Part shown: piece by piece, positions 38,801 to 47,800 of the stretch
Layout: each line of letters begins with the position of its first letter
Numbering within the stretch: position 1 is the stretch's first letter
DNA from: Eledone cirrhosa
Taxonomy: Eukaryota
Length of the DNA stretch: 64,000 nucleotides
Direction of reading: 5' to 3'
Assembly: GCA_964016885.1 (NCBI GenBank)
Contig: OZ024740.1
Coordinates: forward strand, 296,918,001-296,982,000
Position numbers and translations under genes: made by a program
Notes under the pieces: generated by a model
What the model was told of the DNA's origin: nothing
Database searches by the model: none
What the model saw: the letters and a program-made list of their open reading frames with translations, nothing else

Positions 38801-41800
38801 AGCCTGAATTCTTTCCAAACTGGCCATAACCGTCCACTCATACTGATGTTAAGGTATTGTTCTCAAAATAAATAATATCAAAATCTCATAGATTCGATAT
38901 TATATGAGGTAAAGCCTTTACCATGAAAATATAATAGTATATATAGAGTAATGTAAATGCTAAAGGGTTAATGAGAGTAGAAGGCTTAAATATATATATC
39001 AACAATGAAAGTAAAAGTTAATGTTTGCAGGATTTTTTAACTCAGAACAGAGAAATATGCTGAAAAACTTTAAAACCAGTTCTTCTCCATCCTAATGTTG
39101 TTGATGTCAATGTGGGTTTTAGTTGTTATAGTGACATTGGTTATGGTAGTGTTACATACGTATAACAATGAGAGTGATATAAACATTAGAATCATCATCA
39201 TCATCTTCATCATAATCATAATTGTTTAATGTCTATTTTGCATGCTAGTATGGGTTAGTATGGGTTCAATGGGTTGGCCCGTTTGAGGCATGTCGAGTAA
39301 GGTGATCGTGTCATGCTCATCCAGAACTGTTTCTGGCTTGGTTTCTATGGCTGGATGCCCTTCCTATTGCCAAGCACTTTACAGTGAAGACTGGGTGCTT
39401 TTTGTCGTGACACCTACACAACCACTTTACAGTGTGGGCTAGGTGTTTTTACTCATGACACCTAACAAAACTAAAATATAACCCCATAGTAAATGTACTC
39501 TCGTGGTAGCATTCCTGCAATGATTAATTTTATTTATACAGTAAAAATCATTATGCATGAAACAAAAAGTACATTACTAGAAATCTCATAGCATTATAAA
39601 ATAAATAGAATGGGTTGGAGTCTCAATTTGAAAACTAAACAACTAATTTTGGTTTTAAAAATACCAGCAGAGACAACCTAAAAAAATTATCCATTTTCCA
39701 GACCCCTCTGCTTATCCTCCCTCCCCCAGCCCATTATTTGATCCAAGAATATGCATTATAGTATTGTTGATAACCAGTGAACTAATAATTATTACTACTT
39801 TATATATTAAATGCTACTGTCCTTTATTATACCTTAATGTAAATAGGTTTCTCCTGACACTTTAATATTTACTTGCTGCTAGGATTTATTAAGCATGAGC
39901 AAGACAGCCTGAAGTTGATATAATGTAAAGTCCTTTGACATAACGGTACATCTTATTGAGTGGAATAAAGCCCTCCTATTGAACTGTGTGGGTACAATTT
40001 GTATCAACAAGCTTCAACTAAATTCAGCTCTTTGTTCGACAATATGCCTATTATCTATATAATATTACATCCATTCATCTATGCTTATTATGATTGAAAA
40101 TTAAACTTTCTGAAAGACTCCCATTGATATATTCTATAAAGTAGCTAGCTGAAATATAATCGACATGCCAGCATTACAAACAAGCCATTGATGTATATTT
40201 AAGGTACAATCAACAGCTTAACTTTTTTGTACTTCAATGCAAGACATTCAAGTTTTGGAAGATTATTATTGTCATCATCAAGATCATCACCATCATCATA
40301 ATCATCATTTTTACAAATATTTTTCGATGTTGGTATGGGTCTGGATAATAGAGATAGAGGCAGTATTCTATGTTCAGATGCCTATCCTGATATCAACTTT
40401 TAAATGTTTCTAAATAAGATCTTATTCCAGTAATCTTCACATATCAAACCACTGAGTTGTAGGATAAACTCAACTCAACAGCTGCTCAATTGGTATCAAT
40501 GCAAATGCACACACATAAACAAACATGCTATCTCTCTCTCACACATACGCACACACACATTCATTATTAGCACAGGTTAAAGGTTTAAGCAAACACTCAA
40601 TTGATATATATATATATATATATATATTTCATTTTTGTATTGGTTTTGCAAGATTTCTTATCTGAAAATGTGTGTTGAAACAAATATTGTTATACTTTGT
40701 ACTTTGGGAGAAGCTTGCTGTCAATAAAAACACACGCACGTGTTGTTTTCACTTCAATTTATTACAAATTTCCAGTTGGTTAGTTAAACAACAAGATGAT
40801 TGTGACCTCCTCAGCAATAAATTTGTTATTTTGTGTCTCTCCTTTGTTCTGTCCTACACCAATTTATTTTTGTGTGTTGTGTGCTGTGTGTTTGGGTTGC
40901 ACATACGTTATATCTGGGTGTGTGTGTGTGATTTTATTTATTTGTCACTAGTTGGTTGCTTGTTCTATTTGTGTGTCTGGTTGTTTTATTAATTTAGTTC
41001 TTGTGTGTCTCTGTATGTCTTTATCTCGTCCTTAATTACTAGTTGTGATGTTGTTGTTATTCCACTCATGTTTTCTGTTTAATTTTGGTTGGAGTTCATT
41101 TATGTTTGTCGCTTCTGTAATTTGTCGAAGTATTGCGTCTTTTCTGTGTGCAGATATGATTTTTATTTCTATGTTCTCTAGTGTGCCCCCATGTTATATT
41201 TTGGCATGTTGGTGGAGTACTGATGAGTTCTTCCCATCTTGGAGTCCTCACCAGTGTTCATTTATCCTTTCTCCCATGTTACGGTCTATCTCACTTATGT
41301 AAGTTGTGTTCTTATCCCTACACTGTTCTTCAGTACATCTTATGCTCTATACTACGTTCCTAGTTTTGCAGTAAAATTTCTGGGCTTAATTTGCAGACAA
41401 TACATTTCCTATCAGTGCAGGGGTTTTTGTCAAAAAGATATGTTCTACTATTTAGGGCTGTTATGGAAATACCGGGTCTTTCAACTATTTTCATATTTAA
41501 TTTTTGTTTGTTTAGATCCCTTTTAAATCTATAAGCTAGTTCGCCTCTGGAGATTGCATTGACGAACAATACACTCTGGTATTTATTGTTGACTTTATTA
41601 GTCTTCTTTATGAGTTGACTTTATTAGTCTTCTTAATTCTTTCTATCTTATTCCAAAATTTGCTCCTATACATGGGGCAAGTCACATTCGCATAATTTTC
41701 TACAATCTTTGTCTATTTAGCCCTGGTTCCTTTATATACCCTGATCCGGTCTCTCTGATTGTAGCCAGAGAACTGCATGTGGTGGATGAAGTGTTGTATG

Positions 41801-44800
41801 TGTCTCTCTAATTCTTTAGGATCGCACATGCAGGACACATTCCTCATCATTCTTACTAAATCCGCAATTCGTATGTTAATTTTCATGTTATTCAAAACAG
41901 CTGAGATTCGGTGGATCAGGTACTTGGAGGTCATGGGTTTGGCATAATGCGAATAGCAGATTTGTGTTTTATCATTAGTGCTTTCTAACCAGAGTTCTGT
42001 GTCTGTGAGAAAGTAGGGAATAGGATTGGGGAGAGGTAAGAAAGATGATAAGTATGATGTCACGGGTAAGTGGCAGCATTTGTGTGGGTGGGGTATAAGT
42101 ATGGTTTCATGGATCTATCCTGGATGCTTTTAGCATCCCAACAACTTCGCAGTAGAGCTTAACTGCCTTCCTTACCTTCATATTGTTAAATGCTCTGTCA
42201 ACTATTTTTTGCAGTCAGCTTTTATGGCTAGTCTCTTAGTTGGCTCAACATGGGGGAGGCACTCACTCTCCCATATATTGCTTTTGTTTATCAGTCTCTC
42301 ATGATAAGACTTCCACGTTTCTTACACATGCACTCAAACATACACATGTTCATATCATCATCATCACCACCAATTGTATCTAAACAATAGAACAATAATA
42401 TGTTTTTTCAATGGAGCTAAAACTGAATAACATAGATACTCTCAAGAGTGGAATAATCGTCCCTCCCCTTTCCCGCTTATTAATATTTCATATCCCCTAA
42501 AATATAACCCCATAGCAAATGTACTCTTGAATCTTGAATAATCGTCCCCCACTGCTTTTAATTTTCCAGATTTTTTCCTATACCCTTGCTTATTTAATTT
42601 TGCTAATCGATCTCCGGCAAAATTTTATTTTAAGTGGTAGCATTCCTGCAACAATTAATTTTCTTTAGACATTAAAAAACATTACACATGACAAAAGAAG
42701 TACATTACTAGAAATCTTTTATGTTATAAAATAAATAGGATGGGTTGGAGTCTCAATATGTAAACTAAATGACTAATTCTGGTTTAAAAAAAAAAAAAAT
42801 CAACAGAGATACCCCACACACACACACTTATTCCAACACCTCCCTACGCCCATGCCACCCAAATTATTCCAACCCTCATTATTATTTAGGACTCAAGAGT
42901 ATACTTAAATATATCCTACAGTGGAAATTTTTTTAATTCAGAACATAGCTAGCCTAGAAAAACAGGATTAACATGTTTTGGTATGACAAATGTCAACAGA
43001 GACATGACACTAGAAAAGAAAACAATTTGTACATGGTATATGTTCCCACCTATACACATCTGGTGCTTTTCAGATTAACAATCCAAGGAAAATGCAAGAA
43101 CAGCCACCATCTTAAATTATGACTTTCTGTCTTTAAAACGCAGATACAGTGTATAATACAGGTGATGAGAGTGGATATAAACAGATATGAAACCATCCCT
43201 TGAAACAACAGTAGCAAGATAGGAGATAGGTTAAGTGGTAAGGAATGATAATAGTGGGGGTAAATATGGGACAACTACAAAACCCAACCTCCCTTGCCAA
43301 CACTATTTAACAAGCTCTTTGTCTTGCTGGAATGGTTGGATGGGTTTCCCCTGGCACTGCAGATCACATTATGATTTTGTTATCCCCTTCATGAAGTTCA
43401 ACGTCTTGAGATCAGTCCTCACCACTTGCATCTTTTATTTCTAGTTATCTCTCTGACAGATATTCCAGCCACATATTGTACTTGGCACATTTTATATAAC
43501 TGAAATCCTCCATATGCATCACATGCCTGAAGCAGCACAATACTTTCTCTTGCACATTTCATCTGATACATCTTATATCTAGCTTTTTTGCTCAGTTTAT
43601 TTATTCTCAATTAATCGTGCACATTAGCATTACACAGCCAGAAAAGCATGCTCATTTAATTTCTTTCCAGCCTTAACAAATCCCCTGCTTTCAAAACCCA
43701 ATTCTAGCTACAATGCAACATCACAATTTGTACACAAACAGCATACAATCTGACTTTCACTATGAGAGAAACTTTTTGTTATCAGCAGAGGTAATATCTC
43801 CTTAGACTTTATCTACACAGCCCTTACTCCAGCTACTAAGAAGTCAGAACATCCACTTTCATACTAACTAGGTTATTTAGGGAACAAGAGTTATCAACTA
43901 ATTCTATGGTGCTTTCTGGGCTATTGACTGTTCCTGCACATCTGCCACATAAAAAAGTTTTTACTTACTGTCAACTAACTTGTAATATGGTTATACCTCA
44001 TGTGTATCCATTGTTTACACTGCGTACACAATATGGAAATTTCAACTCCTTTTCTGTACATTGAGTATAGTTCACAGCAGAAAAAATTTGCTACCTTTTC
44101 TCTTTACTAAAACTTCAATTCTTTCTAAGTTTATTTTTAGTTATCTCGATTCTAATTTTTATTTCCATGTTAGGAATTCCTTCTCTAGAAGAACCAACTT
44201 ACCAGCATACAGGAGTTCCCAACCCCTAGCTGTCCTAATGTGTTGCTAACTCTCGCATCACTGATTACATCTTTGTACAAGCCATTCATCTATCCTAGTT
44301 TCTTTAGTATCCAGCAGGCAATCAAAAGCCTTCTCCAGGGCAATGAATACTAGATAGAGCATCATCATCATCATCACCGTTTTACGTCCGTTCTTCCACG
44401 CTAGCATGGGTTAGACGGGTTGTCCTGTTGTGGGCAGTGTCTGGTCGGCTGACCATGCCTTGCTCATACAGGAACTGATCTGGCTTGATTTCTACAGCTG
44501 GATGCCCTTCCTAACACCAACCTCATTTACAGTGAGTGCTGGGTGCTTTTTCGTGGCGCCTACACGTCCACTTTACAGTGTGGGCTGGGTGCTTTTTTGC
44601 CGTGGCACCTCCACGACCACCTTGCGGTGGGGGGGGGGGGGGGGGCATATTGTTTATATGCTTCAGCATGTACCCATGGGAGGTCGGGTACCCTGTATTA
44701 CTGCGTGACGCCAGAAGTCACGGTCGTGTGTCATTGACTTTGAGAGGTGTAGTTGGGTAAGGTCGGCTTTTATCACCTCATCCCAAGTCATCTTGGGTCT

Positions 44801-47800
44801 CCCCACTCCGCGGTTTCCATCAACTTCTAGTGCTCTGCACCTTTTTATGCAGCTGTCATCCTTCATACGCATCACATGTCCATACCAGCGTAACCGCCTC
44901 TCCTGCACGCAGCATTTGATTCCTCTTATGCTCAGTCTCTCTCTCAATTCATTTATGCTTTGTCGTTCACGTATATTACTGTTACACATCCATCGGAGCA
45001 TGCAGGCTTCGTTTCTCTCTAATCTACGTAAGTCTTCCACCTTCAGCGCCCAGGTCTCACTACCATGCAACATCGCTGTTCGGATACACGCATCATACAG
45101 TCTGCCTTTCATTCTGAGGGAGAAGCCTTTTGCAGCTAGCAGTGGTAGTAGTTCCCTAAACTTCTTCCATCCCGTTCTTACCCTAGTTATTGTACTTTCT
45201 GAGCACCCACCTCCGTTGCTAATTCGGTCACCTAGGTAGCAGAAGCTGTCTACTGTTTCTACAGGGCCCTCCCAGAGATTGGTGGTACTTGTTTCCTGTG
45301 GCTGTTTGCTTGCTGTTTCAGCACAGCTGCTGCATGTGAATCCTACATTCTTAATTAAGCTTCCTGAGATCCCGCTACATCTCTTGTGTACCCATTGTTT
45401 GCATTTGGGGCAGAGAATGGAGTTCCTACCTACACCTTTCCTACATACTGAGCAAGGCCATTTCCCTGAGGGGATCTGGGTTCTGTTTTCTCGTCTACTT
45501 ATAAGGACCTTAGTCTTTGTCATGTTGACTTTGAGACCCTTTCTCTCTAGTCCCTGCTTCCAGGTTTGGAATTTATTCTCTAGTTCTACCATAGATTCAG
45601 CTATGAGTGCGAGGTCATCAGCATACAGGAGTTCCCATGGGCATCCGGTCTTAAACTCCTCCGTTATTGCCTGCAGGACTATGATGAACAGGAGAGGGCT
45701 AAGAACAGAGCCCTGGTGGACCCCAACCTGTACGCTAAATTCCTCGCTATACTCATTGCCAATCCTAACTTTGCTGACTGCTCCCCTATACATGGCTTGT
45801 ACCGCTTTCACAAGCCATTCATCTACTCCTAGTTTTCTAAGAGCCCACCAGATTACTGCACGTGGAACTCTGTCAAAGGCTTTCTCAAGGTCGACAAATG
45901 CCAAGTAGAGTGGCTTACTTTTAGCTAGGTACTTTTCCTGTAATTGCCTCACAAGGAAGAGCGCATCAGTGGTGCCTTTCCCTGGTACAAACCCAAATTG
46001 CATCTCGTCTATATTCACCCGGTCCCTAATCAGCTGTGCTATAACTCTTTCTGTTACTTTCATGACCTGGTCCATCAACTTTATACCTCTATAGTTTCCT
46101 CTATCTAGTGCATCGCCTTTACCTTTGTAGCAGTTGACAATGATGCTACTGCACCAATCTTTTGGTATGGCCCCCTCTAGTATTACCTGGTTAACGATAC
46201 GTGTGGTTATAGTGTGACCTACAGACCCAGATGCCTTCAGCATCTTGGCAGCTATACCCGATGGACCGGTTGCCTTCCCTATCTTCATATCTCTGATTGC
46301 CTTACTTACTACGCTGCCGCTGACTTGTACTGCTGGTCCCTCTATAGGGTCTACGTGGGGTAGGGTCTCTTCTTCCCATGCATTCTCCTCATTTAGTAAT
46401 CTATCATAATGACTCTTCCATGCATCTTTCTTCTCAGCACTTGTGAGGGCAAGCTCACCTTTATCATTCCGGATACACTTCTCTCCAATGACATCACAAC
46501 TATCTCTGACACACTGCCTCGCAATCTTGAATACCTCCTGTTTCTGGTCCTCACGTTGTAAAACATGCTTGAATTTTCTATCCTCTGCTTCCCTCCTAGC
46601 TAAGTATACTTGTCGCCTAGCTTCCCTCTTGGTCTCTATGTAATGTACCCTGCTCCCCCCGTTCTTCCATTCTTTCCATGCCTGTCTCTTGGCCTTGACT
46701 GCTTCATCTACCTTATTGTTCCACCACCAAGTCACTCTCCTCCTGCTTGAGGTCTTACTCCAGCCACAAACCTCATCCGTCGCCTCTAGTAAGTTATTTT
46801 TTAGGAACTCCCAGTTCTCTTCTACGTTAAATGTCTCTATCTGTTCTTCTTTACTGTCGTAGGCGTTGAGTAAAATATCTTTAAATCTGTTACTGGTTGA
46901 GGGGACTTTCAGCTTCCAGATCTTTCTTCTCCAGGTTGGCCTCTGTTTCAGGGCTCGTCTAGTTCTGACCGTGAGGTCACTGACAACTAAGCTATGTTGG
47001 GATGTACATTCCTCACTAGGGAAGGCTTTTGTGTTTACGACCGTCCATCTGTCACGTCCTCTGATGAGGATAAAATCTAACTGACTAGAGTGCTCCCCTG
47101 ATCTATAGGTGATCAAGTGGTTGTCGGGTTTTTTAAAGCAGTTAAATCCTAACTATGTACTACTCTTCTAGTTGCTTCACTAGGTAGCAGGCATCAGCAG
47201 TACCTCTTCCTTGCATAAAACTGCTAATCTAATTCTCTTAATCAATTGTGCTGTAACTCTTTCAGTAACTTTCATAATTTGGTCCATCAATTTGACATCC
47301 TTGTAGTTTCTTCTGTCTAAAGTATTTCCTTTACCCTTGTAGTAGTTTATGATACTGCTATGCCAGTCATTAGTTATTACAACTCCCTGTACTAACTGAA
47401 TGAGTATGCAAGTGACTAGCACGTGAACTACACAGCCATAGATTGTAAATATCTCAATGACTCTTCTCGAGGACTAGCTGTTTTCATTGCCTTCATATCT
47501 TTTATGGTGCGTTCTATCATGCTCCTGACAACTTCAATTACTGGTCTCTCTGTTGGGTCTACTTGGAGATGGTCTTCTCTTCCATCCATTCCCAGTCTTC
47601 TCTTCCATCCATTCAACAGTCTCTTATAATAGTATTTCCATGCTGCTTTCTTTTTTGTGTCAGTGAGAGCAAGTGTGCCAATATCATTTTTATACACTTC
47701 TTCCCAACAACATCCTAATTCTCTCTAGTTCTCTGCCTTACAATCTGGAACACCATACACCTTATTTTTATGTCATAGAACATCTGTAAACTTTCTGCTT

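Noticed and set aside
40672-41526. Cys/Phe/Val-rich plus-strand ORFs resembling membrane proteins
   Set aside because: Antisense to the A-rich Penelope-like element and built from low-complexity TG/T tracts.
43050-43274. Hydrophobic 74-aa minus-strand ORF in the intron between exons A and B
   Set aside because: Exons A and B already join in phase with the expected NW-Y sequence; the ORF lies among decayed repeats.
44793-47084. Plus-strand ORFs of 66-209 aa (and 358..1083 on minus)
   Set aside because: They are antisense shadows of the RTE ORF.
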